This document shows, piece after piece, positions 52,027 to 61,736 of a stretch of 64,000 nucleotides of DNA. The stretch is from Terriglobia bacterium (GTDB taxonomy: Bacteria > Acidobacteriota > Terriglobia > 20CM-2-55-15): contig CAXWPJ010000009.1 in the NCBI GenBank assembly GCA_963664115.2, forward strand, positions 416,001 through 480,000. Direction: 5' to 3'. The notes beneath the pieces were generated by a model. It saw nothing but the letters and a program-made list of their open reading frames with translations. It had not been told where the DNA came from and ran no database searches. The first letter of the stretch is position 1; every line of letters begins with the position of its first letter. The position numbers were made by a program, and so were the translations under genes.

Positions 52027-52053
52027 AAAAGGGGGACAGGTTGTCCGCCCCTT
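52025..52053. terminator. Intrinsic terminator between convergent genes (U-tract on minus strand)
   Basis: A6 followed by a G/C hairpin gggggaca-ggt-tgtccgcccc. Confidence 0.6.
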
Positions 52054-52092
52054 GGCGACTGTGGGAGGGTGATTCGGGTTTCAATCATAAAG

Positions 52093-52968
52093 TCATCCGG
52101 TCCCGCTGCGGTCCGAACGCCGATTGCGATATCTTTGTTTCACGTCAATGGACGACCCGCCGAGACGGGTCAGGCGATACGTTCCCCGTGCAACCGCTGT
52201 CGCATATCCTTCCTTTACAAGAACCTGATTTCCAATTCCAGCTTCCACACGCGATAAACCTGTGACACGCGCCAGCTCACCGGGCAGTGTGAGGCCCGCG
52301 CCGTCGAGATAGCAATGAGCGACTTCTTTTACAGCCCTGAGGTGGTTCGTCCTTGCAGCGAGTTCTTCGGGAAAACGCTCCGTGGCCAACTCCCAAAGGT
52401 AGGTGAACTTGGGGCGGTAGATGGCTTCGCTGGGGACGACGAGCATGGCTCCCTGAAGTTCATCCATCGCGTGGGTGAAGGCTTTCCGATCCGTCATGCC
52501 GGATTCCGAACGTAGATCGGCGGTGGCCATTTCCCACTCCCGGCGTAACACCGCCAGGATGGCGCGTGCCGCCTCGGTCAAACGCACGCTTTCGTGTCGC
52601 CGCGGAATGCCCCGGAGGGCTTTGAAATACGGGACCATCCGTGGAGCCAGAAACATGGCTCTGCCCCGGGAAAGCTTGGCGTAGTAGACACGACCGCGTC
52701 TCAAGAGCTCGTCTTTCAACTGCCACGTGTGCGAGCTTTCCTGGTCTTTCTGGACATTGCGCGGCATGATGGCATCGCGCCTTCCGCAGACGGCGATGTA
52801 GAGCGACGGACCGGGTCGACGCGAGTCTGTCATGCAGCCCGCGAACCCGACTTGTTCAATAAAGCGCTCCGCTTGTTCTGCCGTGTTCACAGCCGCGGTT
52901 TCCGACCGCAGCCAACGTCGGTCACGGAAGGCTTCGATGTCTTCGGGGAGCGGCTGTCGACGGGGCAT
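52093..52968 (-). CDS. AlkZ/YcaQ-related winged-helix protein
   Basis: [27 protein letters not shown]...VYYAKL, MDELQ..M pattern. Confidence 0.6.
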   Translation of the reverse strand: MPRRQPLPEDIEAFRDRRWLRSETAAVNTAEQAERFIEQVGFAGCMTDSRRPGPSLYIAVCGRRDAIMPRNVQKDQESSHTWQLKDELLRRGRVYYAKLSRGRAMFLAPRMVPYFKALRGIPRRHESVRLTEAARAILAVLRREWEMATADLRSESGMTDRKAFTHAMDELQGAMLVVPSEAIYRPKFTYLWELATERFPEELAARTNHLRAVKEVAHCYLDGAGLTLPGELARVTGLSRVEAGIGNQVLVKEGYATAVARGTYRLTRLGGSSIDVKQRYRNRRSDRSGTG

Positions 52969-53041
52969 GTCCGGAGTCTAAACCCTGAGGACGGCAACTC
53001 ACGCGTCATGATTACGAAAGTCTTCATCCAGAACGAATCCG

Positions 53042-53245
53042 GCCCGTCCCCGTGGGTTCTTTGTAGAAAGGAACGACGCCTTGATCAACGGAATCCGATG
53101 GGTCGACTCTCTGATCGAAATCGTTGGCGGGGAATGCCTCATTCCGGAATTGCGCGAGCGGGCGCTCGTCCCGGACGGCATTGTGAAGCCGGCGGTGGTC
53201 ACGGGAAGGGACCCACGGATTGTTATTGGTTGCATGTGCGGGTAG
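53042..53245 (+). pseudogene. Internal fragment of a BtuF/cobalamin-binding-like ABC substrate-binding protein
   Basis: RPRGFFVERNDALINGIRWVDSLIEIVGGECLIPELRE...DPRIVIGCMCG* resembles the family pattern RPRVFFEEW.DPLISGI.WV.ELIEIAGG...PD.I..SWCG (from recall). Confidence 0.55.
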
Positions 53246-53348
53246 GATTCAACCCGGATATCGCCCCGGAATAAAAAGTGGGCCCGGCGTTACAGGCGTC
53301 GGCAAGAGTACTTGAACGGCTACAAACAAACAATATGGGAGGACCCTC

Positions 53349-54407
53349 ATGGCAAATCGTAGAGACTTCTTAAGAGCCCTCGGTTACGCGGGGGCTGGGA
53401 CCTTGCTGATGGGAGGCGGCTTCGGCGCCCGGGCTCAGGCACCACGGAAGGAAGTGTTTGTTGGCGGACGACGCACGACGGTCGTTGACGTTCACGCTCA
53501 CTGTGCTTTTAATGACGAGCTCCGGGCCAGCCTTCCAGACGCGGCTCCTAATGGACGCCGTGCCGTCCTGGGGCCGGACCGTCTGGAAGAGATGGACAGA
53601 CGCGGCATCGATATCCAGGCGCTCAGTATCAATCAATACTGGTGGTACGCGGCCGATCGCGGCCTTGCGGCCGAGATCGTACGGATCCATGACGAAAACC
53701 TCGCCGCATGGTGCGCCATGCACCCTGACAGGTTTGTCGCTCTCTCGTCCGTGGCGCTGCAGCATCCCGATCTCGCGGCCGAGCAACTCGAACACGCGGT
53801 CAACAATTTGGGCCTTCGGGGCGCTTCGATCGGCGGCCACGTGAACAATGAGCCTCCGACCTCGGCCGAATACGACCCGTTCTGGGCCAAGGCCCAGGAG
53901 CTCGACGTTCCGGTCTTCATGCACCCGGGCGGTGCGGAGAACGTTGTGCGCGAGGACGGACTGGCCGGCCGGGGGGACCTCGGTAATATCATCGGGAATC
54001 CGCTGGAAACAACGGTTTTTCTCACTAAGATGATTTTTGACGGGGTTCTGGACCGCTTTCCGCAACTGAAAATCTGCGGGTCCCACGCCGGGGGCTATCT
54101 GCCATCCTACCTGGGCCGTACCGAAGTCGCCTGCACGGTGAGAAACAATGCGAATTGCGCAAACCAGAAGAATCCGAGTGAATATCTCAGAGACCAGATT
54201 TTTGTCGATTCCATGATCTTTTCCGAAGAAGGCTTACGCCATCTGGTTGCCGAAACCGGCGTGAGCCAGGTTGTATACGGGTCCGATATACCATTCAACT
54301 GGCCGGATACGATTGACCTGATTGCCGGGTCGCCCACTCTTGCTGACGCCGACAAGGAGGCAATCCTCGGAGGCAACCTGATCCGCCTGCTGCGAATCGA
54401 CGCATAG
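53349..54407 (+). CDS. Tat-exported amidohydrolase-2 family protein (ACMSD-like)
   Basis: NRRDFL Tat motif, VDVHAH, FMHP, SHAGG, YGSDIP. Confidence 0.9.
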   Translation: MANRRDFLRALGYAGAGTLLMGGGFGARAQAPRKEVFVGGRRTTVVDVHAHCAFNDELRASLPDAAPNGRRAVLGPDRLEEMDRRGIDIQALSINQYWWYAADRGLAAEIVRIHDENLAAWCAMHPDRFVALSSVALQHPDLAAEQLEHAVNNLGLRGASIGGHVNNEPPTSAEYDPFWAKAQELDVPVFMHPGGAENVVREDGLAGRGDLGNIIGNPLETTVFLTKMIFDGVLDRFPQLKICGSHAGGYLPSYLGRTEVACTVRNNANCANQKNPSEYLRDQIFVDSMIFSEEGLRHLVAETGVSQVVYGSDIPFNWPDTIDLIAGSPTLADADKEAILGGNLIRLLRIDA

Positions 54408-54483
54408 TGATGCACGAGATTCCGCCGCAACATGACAGCCCGACAGCGACAGTCGGGCTGTGCGGCTTGCCACCCCCTGAACC

Positions 54484-54541
54484 GCGAACGCCGATCGTTT
54501 TACTTATCGGTCAAAGTTTCATCATGACCGCCGGATCTTCA
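54484..54541 (+). repeat. Dispersed intergenic repeat, copy A (core)
   Basis: 46/58 identical, ungapped, to 59456-59513 (hand count). Confidence 0.75.
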
Positions 54542-54928
54542 CGGGTCACGACCTTGGGTGCTATCGAAGACGATGACTACCGGGTAACGACGTAGCGATT
54601 ACGTACTTCCATGGTCTCCCGTTACTTGCTACCTGGCGGCAAGGCAGGAGTCATCTGGCGTTTAGGGGTTTCGGCCTTTCTCCAAGGAGTGCCCGCTGTT
54701 GCTTCCGATGCTGAAGCTGGAATTCGAAGCGAACGGGTCCCGGGCCTCATGACCGCTATCCGGATCCCGGAGCCTCGGAATTGCCGCACGCGGTCCCCGG
54801 CTTCATCAATTAAGGGCCTCTGATTGCGCCTACACGCCCCGCATGCGGCTCCTACCCGTGATGTATACTCGGAATTCCAATCCCTGTATTACTTGTATTA
54901 ATAAAATGAACAGCATCTGAAGGGTGTA

Positions 54929-57367
54929 ATGAAATTATTTCGATTCGGGTTGATCTGTATCTTCTTAACGCCGTCGGCTTTTGGACAGCTTACCGCGCGC
55001 AATCCGGTCGACGAACTGAAGGACCAGCTGACCCGGGCCCTGGAGGAAGCACAGGTCCCTCTCACCTCAGATCAGGAAAGGCAGTTGGCGCTGCTCATTG
55101 AAGAGGAGCGTCAGGCTGCGGAAAACCTGTTTGGCGAAACCTGGGATTTCAGTCAGGGTCCGCCCCAGGGCGAGCAGCAGGACCAGGCCCTGGCCGGCAT
55201 CCGGTGGATGTATGACGAGATGAAGAACAGGCTTCCCGTCTACCTGAACGAGGCGCAGAGAGCGGCGTGGGAGAGCTACCAGAGAGAGCAGAACGCGGCG
55301 TTTTATGAGGAAGATTCCCCGGATGCCGTCGCTGGGAGCGGAAGAATTCAACAGATCCGCGTGACGAATAACGCTTTCAATGTTGAAACCGCCACAGCTG
55401 GCGGTAGTCGGGGCCTGGCGGAAGGTGGGGCGAGAACCGAGGTGATCGAGCGCGGCGGCATCGGCGCCTTTCACGGAAATTTCAGACTGACCTTCCAGGA
55501 CGAATCGCTGAACGCCCGGAATCCTTTCGCGGACAATAAGCCGCCCTACTACGAACGGACAATCAATGCGAACGTCAGCGGTCCCATCATTCGAGACCGC
55601 CTCTCGTTGAACTTCACAGCCGACGACAACAAACAGGAGAACGTCGGCACTGTTCAGGCAGAGACGCTGGATGGCCCGTTTTCACTGGGGGTCACCCGCC
55701 CGACGCTGAACCGATACTACGACCTGAAAAGCGTGCTGCAGCTGGCTGACGCCCACTCGCTGATTACGAGTTTCCAATACGCCACCGCGGACAGAAAGAA
55801 CGAGAACGTGGGCGATTTCAGCCTCCCCGAACGCGCTTCCCGCACACAAGGGCAAAACTACATGATCGATCTGCGGGAAATCTCGATTCTTTCCGAACGC
55901 ACCGTTCACGACCTCAGCTTCAGATGGACCAGAGAGCATGGCGAGACGAATCCGTTCAGCGATGCGACAAAGATAAACGTAAAGGGCGCTTTCGAGGCCG
56001 GGGGGGCGCAGAACCGGAGCCGGACCGACAGGGATATATACGAAGTGTCCAACCTCATCTATTTTGCCGGTGACAGGCTGACGATGAGAAGCGGAGTGCA
56101 GGCCTGGCATTTGCGCAATCGCATCGACTCGGAACGGGATTTTTTCGGTGAGTTCACGTTTTCCGACCTTGACAGTTACCGCGCCGGACAGCCGCTGCAA
56201 TACAGCATCACCTGCTGTGATTCCTTGTTTGAGATGAGCCAGACGCAGGTGGCGTTTTTCTCCCAGAATGACATCAGGCTGACAAACACATTCACGCTGA
56301 TGCTGGGGGCCCGCTACCAGATGCAAACCAACATTCGTGATCGGAACAATTTTGATCCACGCATCGGATTTGCCTACGCGATCGGCAACGCGACCGTCAT
56401 CCGGGGAGGAACAGCGCTGTTCACCGGATGGCTGACCGCTAACTTCATTGAAAGATATGGCCGCGTGGATGGAGAACAACGCTACCAAATCCAAATTGAC
56501 AATCCGGGCTGGCCGGACCCGTCCACATCGGGCAGCATCCGGCCTCGATCCTTCCGCGTCATAGAGCCCGATCTCAAGGCGCCATACTACTGGGTTTCGC
56601 AGGTGGCTGTGGAGCGGAGCCTTCCCAACAATCTTTTCGTGACGGTGGCCTACGACGTGAGCCGCGGCGTTAAAAACGGCCGAACCCGAGACATCAATGC
56701 CCCCCTGCCCGGATCCGACGTCCGGCCGCAGCCTGACAAAGGCCAGATCGCTCAGCTTCAGAGCAGCGGCGGGTCATTGCACCAGCATTTCAAGGCCACC
56801 GTTCGACAGCGTTTTAGCGTCTTCAATGTCACCGCGGACTATTTGTATTTCCGCGGAAAAAGCGACGAAAGCATCCGCGCCAGGGGCAGCGATGTTGAGC
56901 TGCCGACGAACAGCTACGACCTCAGTCAGGAATGGGGCACTCACCAAAACCCGCGCCATACTTTCAATGCGGGGGTCAATTCAAGGTTGCCGCTGGACGT
57001 GTACTTGACCACGGTGATCGAGGCAAGGAGCGGCAGGCGATATACGATCACCACAGGCAAGGACGACAACAACGACGGTTCAATCAACGACCGGCCGGCC
57101 GGCGTTCCGAAGAACAGCGAGGTGGGCCCTCATTTTTTCAATGTCAGCTTTAACTTTTCCAAGGCTTTCGAGTTCAACGGCGGCGGTGCGCTCCAGGGTG
57201 GATCGAGTTCCGGACCGCAGCTGAACGTCTTCGCAAATCTGAACAACGCTTTCAACATGACCCACCCGGGAACGCCCAGTGGCGTCATGACATCCCGGTT
57301 CTTCATGAGGTCCTTCAATGCGACCTCGCCCCGCACAATCGAAGCTGGAATGAGATTCCAGTTCTGA
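54929..57367 (+). CDS. TonB-dependent-receptor-like outer-membrane barrel
   Basis: Signal peptide, DESLNARNPF, SGPIIRDRL, NNFDPRIGFAY, PRTIEAGMRFQF. Confidence 0.85.
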   Translation: MKLFRFGLICIFLTPSAFGQLTARNPVDELKDQLTRALEEAQVPLTSDQERQLALLIEEERQAAENLFGETWDFSQGPPQGEQQDQALAGIRWMYDEMKNRLPVYLNEAQRAAWESYQREQNAAFYEEDSPDAVAGSGRIQQIRVTNNAFNVETATAGGSRGLAEGGARTEVIERGGIGAFHGNFRLTFQDESLNARNPFADNKPPYYERTINANVSGPIIRDRLSLNFTADDNKQENVGTVQAETLDGPFSLGVTRPTLNRYYDLKSVLQLADAHSLITSFQYATADRKNENVGDFSLPERASRTQGQNYMIDLREISILSERTVHDLSFRWTREHGETNPFSDATKINVKGAFEAGGAQNRSRTDRDIYEVSNLIYFAGDRLTMRSGVQAWHLRNRIDSERDFFGEFTFSDLDSYRAGQPLQYSITCCDSLFEMSQTQVAFFSQNDIRLTNTFTLMLGARYQMQTNIRDRNNFDPRIGFAYAIGNATVIRGGTALFTGWLTANFIERYGRVDGEQRYQIQIDNPGWPDPSTSGSIRPRSFRVIEPDLKAPYYWVSQVAVERSLPNNLFVTVAYDVSRGVKNGRTRDINAPLPGSDVRPQPDKGQIAQLQSSGGSLHQHFKATVRQRFSVFNVTADYLYFRGKSDESIRARGSDVELPTNSYDLSQEWGTHQNPRHTFNAGVNSRLPLDVYLTTVIEARSGRRYTITTGKDDNNDGSINDRPAGVPKNSEVGPHFFNVSFNFSKAFEFNGGGALQGGSSSGPQLNVFANLNNAFNMTHPGTPSGVMTSRFFMRSFNATSPRTIEAGMRFQF

Positions 57368-57409
57368 CCACCTAAGGTCAAAGGCGAGGTCGGGAGCGAG
57401 TCCTGAAAC

Positions 57410-58246
57410 TTATCTTGCTTCCGCCCTCTGCTTGGCCAATTCGTCCTGGAACTGTTTCTCGTATGTATCCACGTGATTCGGAAGCGTCGTCGGGTCGATG
57501 AATGGATTGGGACCCTGACCGACCTTCGCAAGCTTTTCGAGAAGACCCCAGTGGTGTCCATGAGAACCCAGGAAAACGTCGGCATGCAGGGTTCTCGCAA
57601 GCTGGTAGGTGCGTACGTAATCATTGGCCTTGTCGGGATAGTCCGCATTGTTTACGAGAACACGCCCGCCGGCTCCGAAGCCGCAACCAATCACGACATC
57701 GTAGGTTCTGTCTCCGTCTTGAGCCTCCATCGTGTACGTCGTGCAGCCCTCCGTATGTCCAGGCGTGAGCACAGCCGTGAGGGTAACGTCGCCGAGCTGC
57801 ACGCTATCTCCGTCGCGGAAAACCCTGTCGACCGGGTGTGGCTTTTCGCCGGGCTTTATGTTTCGTAGCGCGGGAACGTCCTGTTCCATGGCCATCACTT
57901 GAGCCCCGGTCAATGCCTTGATCTGGGCGTCTCCTTCCTGGTGATCCACGTGAGCGTGACTGCCGAGGACGATTCTAATGTCGTTAAATTCGAACCCTAG
58001 TTTCTCGACACTTCCCCGTATCGTCGGAAGCTGTCTTTCGAAGCCACTGTTGATGAGGATATGGCCCTCGGACGTGGTGATCAGATACGAGGAGTGTTCC
58101 GCCTCGGGACCCACAAAGTAAACATTCCCGACTATCTGGAATGGTTCCACCAACATGTCCGCAGGTCTAGTCGCTTCTTGAGCCAGGAGTTGTGCTGAGC
58201 TCAAGGTCACGAGCAGTAAAAGGTAAGGTAAGGCGCATTTTTTCAT
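57410..58246 (-). CDS. Subclass B3 metallo-beta-lactamase
   Basis: Signal peptide from ATG 58246, PFQIVGNVYFVG, SHAHVDH, TPGHTEGC, DVFLGSH. Confidence 0.88.
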   Translation of the reverse strand: MKKCALPYLLLLVTLSSAQLLAQEATRPADMLVEPFQIVGNVYFVGPEAEHSSYLITTSEGHILINSGFERQLPTIRGSVEKLGFEFNDIRIVLGSHAHVDHQEGDAQIKALTGAQVMAMEQDVPALRNIKPGEKPHPVDRVFRDGDSVQLGDVTLTAVLTPGHTEGCTTYTMEAQDGDRTYDVVIGCGFGAGGRVLVNNADYPDKANDYVRTYQLARTLHADVFLGSHGHHWGLLEKLAKVGQGPNPFIDPTTLPNHVDTYEKQFQDELAKQRAEAR

Positions 58247-58433
58247 GGCGAAACCAATAGCACAGCGCAGGGACGCAATGCAAGAAGCCGTGCGATTGGT
58301 GTAAACGCGCGGTCTGGCTGGTGGTTCCGCCAGGTGGATTTGAAACACACTTTCGCTCAAATCTTTCGCGGCGCGGCGCCCGGAGTAAACTGTCGCTGAA
58401 ACCTGTCGTCCTGAATATAATTGCGGGACACAA

Positions 58434-59399
58434 ATGCAGATCGCGGGGACCATAGTTATCATCGGCCTGATCTTACTGGCGGGCGTCGGCGGAATCGCTG
58501 AGGTCTCCAATATGACCTTGGCGCCGCAAGAAGCAGGACCTCCCGTCGTTCGGTCTCAGCTCCTTTGGCTGGACCGTGATGGCCAGCAAATCGCGACACT
58601 GGGAGACCTGGAAGACTTCGGGAACATCGAGTTGTCTCCGGCCGGAGACCAGGTGGCCGTAGCGTTGATGGACAACTCCGAGGGGACGCGAGATATCTGG
58701 TTGTACGATGTTGTCGGGGGAAGTCGGACACGTTTCACTTCGAACCCGGCGGATGAGAACTGGATGATCTGGTCTCCCGACGGAAGCCGCGTGGTCTTCA
58801 ACCGGTTCGAAGGCAACGAGCTTGGCCTTTACCAGACTCTTTCGGACGGAAGCGGGGCCGAGGAACTGCTCATCAGTGACGCCGACGGCAAGTGGCCCGT
58901 CAGCTGGTCTCCCGACGGCGAAATCATCCTGTACGTGACCAACAGCGCCGGTACGGGCAACGATCTGTGGGCCTTGCCCTTGTCCGGTGATCGGGCGCCC
59001 TATCCAATCTTCCAATCGCGATTCGTTGAGAACTGGGCTTCGTTTTCTCCAGACGGGCGTTGGATTGCGTTCAGTTCGACCGAATCCGGTCGCGCCGAAA
59101 TCTATGTGACTTCGTTTCCAACCTCGGATCGCCGGTGGCGGATTTCCGCGGGCGGAGGATCGCAATCACGATGGCGTCGCGACGGCGAAGAACTGTTCTA
59201 CCTGGCTCCGGATCAAACGCTGATGGCCGTGGAGTTCCAGGGACAGGGTTCAGATATCGAAGTGGGCCCGGCGCGGAAACTGTTCGAGATCCGTCCTCCA
59301 TGGCTGTCCTACCGCGCTTACCATCCCACCGATGGAGAGCGCTTTCTGGTAAATCGCCTGGTCTTTGCTCCGGGTCAGGATAACCAGCGCGCCGAATAA
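58434..59399 (+). CDS. TolB-like beta-propeller (PD40 repeats)
   Basis: Repeated LSPAG/WSPDG/FSPDG/WRRDG blades; N-terminal hydrophobic segment. Confidence 0.85.
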   Translation: MQIAGTIVIIGLILLAGVGGIAEVSNMTLAPQEAGPPVVRSQLLWLDRDGQQIATLGDLEDFGNIELSPAGDQVAVALMDNSEGTRDIWLYDVVGGSRTRFTSNPADENWMIWSPDGSRVVFNRFEGNELGLYQTLSDGSGAEELLISDADGKWPVSWSPDGEIILYVTNSAGTGNDLWALPLSGDRAPYPIFQSRFVENWASFSPDGRWIAFSSTESGRAEIYVTSFPTSDRRWRISAGGGSQSRWRRDGEELFYLAPDQTLMAVEFQGQGSDIEVGPARKLFEIRPPWLSYRAYHPTDGERFLVNRLVFAPGQDNQRAE

Positions 59400-59455
59400 A
59401 TCTCACACGTGAATCTGGCAACAGTTCCACCGGGCGTCGGGTCACACCATCCACT

Positions 59456-59513
59456 GCGAATCCCGATTGTTTTACTTGTCGGCCAAAGATCACTCATGAA
59501 GGCTGGATCTTCA
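59456..59513 (+). repeat. Dispersed intergenic repeat, copy B (core)
   Basis: 46/58 identical, ungapped, to 54484-54541 (hand count). Confidence 0.75.
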
Positions 59514-59528
59514 GGGACATCTACACGT

Positions 59529-60110
59529 TTAATTTGTGATGTCTTGGATCAGCGCCGGCTGCGGACCAATCACCTGCTCCATCGCTCGGTGCGCGCAGAT
59601 TTCGTCGCTCCACTCCGGTACACGGGGCGCCATGCCCCCAACGCCGATGAAGCCGATTATTTGACTATCGACCCAAATCGGCAGACCGCCCGAGTTCGGG
59701 AAGAAACCCAGGTTCCACTCACGCACCGCGCGCGTTGGATTGCGGATCACGTTGTTCATCCGCTGCTTACTGGGGGCGCGAGCCAGCATGGCTGTCTCAG
59801 CTTTTAGTTCGGCGGTATAGATTGCGATGTGGCGGGCTGCGCCATCCATACGGTGCTGGTGAACCACGTCGCCGAAATTGTCCAGGATAACAATGGCCGC
59901 ACTCAAGTTCCGTTCCTCAGCCATGCTCTGGCAGGCATCGGCGATGCCTCGGGCGGTCGCAGCGTTGATCATGTTCATTTCGCCGATCCGCGCGGCAACT
60001 TCGCCTGTGATGACGAATTTCGAATCGACCTGCGCCAACGCGTCGGGCACTGTCAGCGCCACTAAAGCAACTGCTGTCAGTCCGCCTATTATCTTTTTGC
60101 TGAACCTCAT
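59529..60110 (-). CDS. GlcG/HbpS-family heme-binding protein, exported
   Basis: Signal peptide, IVILDNFG..HRMDGA, KAETA, GGLPI..IGFIGVGG..DEICA. Confidence 0.88.
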   Translation of the reverse strand: MRFSKKIIGGLTAVALVALTVPDALAQVDSKFVITGEVAARIGEMNMINAATARGIADACQSMAEERNLSAAIVILDNFGDVVHQHRMDGAARHIAIYTAELKAETAMLARAPSKQRMNNVIRNPTRAVREWNLGFFPNSGGLPIWVDSQIIGFIGVGGMAPRVPEWSDEICAHRAMEQVIGPQPALIQDITN

Positions 60111-60373
60111 CGTTTCCTGCCTCCTATTCTGAAGATGCGCTATCAATGCTCACTACCAAAGACAGAATGCCCGGACGTGTCATTGAAAGCAAAGAGTTAA
60201 TTGGCCACGCCGAACTTTCACATCCGCTCTGTTTGGAGCGTTAATGAAGCCCTGAATATCGGTACTCATGGAGCCTCAGGGTATGAAGCGGAATATCGCT
60301 TGATTCAAGTATATAATCCCGTGAAATAAACATTTCTCCCTTGGATCTGTGGTGGGAGTCGTTGGAGGCTGCA

Positions 60374-61714
60374 ATGAACACGAAACTCCATGTCTTTCTG
60401 ATCGTTCTTTTAACCTTGGCCGTATCGTGCACACCGGCGGAGACCCCTCCGGCTGCGGAAAACGCCGATCCCGGTGTCGCATTTGTCGGTGTCAATCTGG
60501 TGCCGATGGACACGGAGAGGGTCGTGGCCAATCAGACCGTCGTGACGCGTGACGGCAGCATCGTTGCAATGGGGCCCGTCGAGAGTACCGACGTTCCGGC
60601 TAATGCTCTGCGCGTTGAGGGCAACGGGATGTACCTCATGCCGGGACTTGCGGAAATGCACGGGCATATCCCGGATCCGGAGGAGCCTCAGCAGCTCACC
60701 GAGGATGTCCTGTTCTTATATGTTGCGAACGGAGTCACGACTGTCCGCGGTATGCAGGGCGCTGAGGGCCAGTTGGATCTACGCCGTCGGGTGAATACGG
60801 GCGAGCTGGTCGGACCGAACCTCTACCTGGCCGGATCCAGTTTCAATGGCGACGACGTGCTGACCGCCGAGGCGGCCATCGAGAAAGTGCACGTTCAGAA
60901 AGCGGAGGGATGGCATCTCCTGAAAGTTCAAAGCGGGCTGAGCCTTGCCACCTACGATGGGATGGTAGAAACGGCCCACGCCGAGAGCATGCGATTTGGT
61001 GGTCATGTGCCTGCCGATGTCGGTCTCATTCATGCGATTGAGGCCGGGCAGGAGACCTTCGATCACATGGACGGTTACGTGGAATATGTGGCCGACGGTG
61101 CAGGCAATCTGGATGAAGCCCGACTGGCCGAGGTTGTCACCCGAACGCGGGAGGCCGACGCATGGATCGTCCCGACGATGGCGGTTCGGGAGGTCCTGCG
61201 GGGGGCGCTCTCCGTGGAAACCGTTCGCGCTTATCCCGAGGCGCAGTACATGCCGCCCGAGATGGTCGAGCAGTGGATCGCGCGCGTGGAATCGAATTTC
61301 GCGAACCCCGACTTCGATCCGGCTGCAGTACGTCAGTTGATCGCGAATCGGATGCGGGTCCTGGCGTCACTTCACGAGGGTGGCGTGGGCGTCCTGCTCG
61401 GCACGGATGCGCCTCAGGTCTTCAGCGTTCCAGGTTTTTCAATCCATCGCGAGATGGAACGAATGGTTGCGGCAGGCATGACTCCCTATGAAGTGATCGC
61501 CTCCGGCACACGGAACGTCGGCGAGTACTTCCAGAACGAGGACCATTTCGGGACCATCGAAGTCGGTACGCGCGCCGATCTGATTCTGGTCGAGGCGAAC
61601 CCCTTGGATGATGTGAGCAACATCGCCCGGCGCGCCGGCGTCATGGTCCGCGGGCAATGGTTGTCTGAGGCCGATATCCAGGAGCGCCTGGCACGAATTG
61701 CCGCTTCCTATTGA
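60374..61714 (+). CDS. Amidohydrolase family lipoprotein
   Basis: Lipobox LAVSC, LMPGLAEMHGH, GVTTVR, LGTDAP, GTIEVGTRADLIL. Confidence 0.88.
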   Translation: MNTKLHVFLIVLLTLAVSCTPAETPPAAENADPGVAFVGVNLVPMDTERVVANQTVVTRDGSIVAMGPVESTDVPANALRVEGNGMYLMPGLAEMHGHIPDPEEPQQLTEDVLFLYVANGVTTVRGMQGAEGQLDLRRRVNTGELVGPNLYLAGSSFNGDDVLTAEAAIEKVHVQKAEGWHLLKVQSGLSLATYDGMVETAHAESMRFGGHVPADVGLIHAIEAGQETFDHMDGYVEYVADGAGNLDEARLAEVVTRTREADAWIVPTMAVREVLRGALSVETVRAYPEAQYMPPEMVEQWIARVESNFANPDFDPAAVRQLIANRMRVLASLHEGGVGVLLGTDAPQVFSVPGFSIHREMERMVAAGMTPYEVIASGTRNVGEYFQNEDHFGTIEVGTRADLILVEANPLDDVSNIARRAGVMVRGQWLSEADIQERLARIAASY

Positions 61715-61736
61715 AACTCTGTTTCCTTAGGGGAAA

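Noticed and set aside
54484-59513. Dispersed repeat as a CRISPR repeat, integron attC site or hammerhead ribozyme
   Set aside because: There are only two copies 5 kb apart, with no spacers or cas genes and no RYYYAAC/GTTRRRY ends. CTGAAGA on the minus strand is in one copy only, and the GAAA core is not in place.
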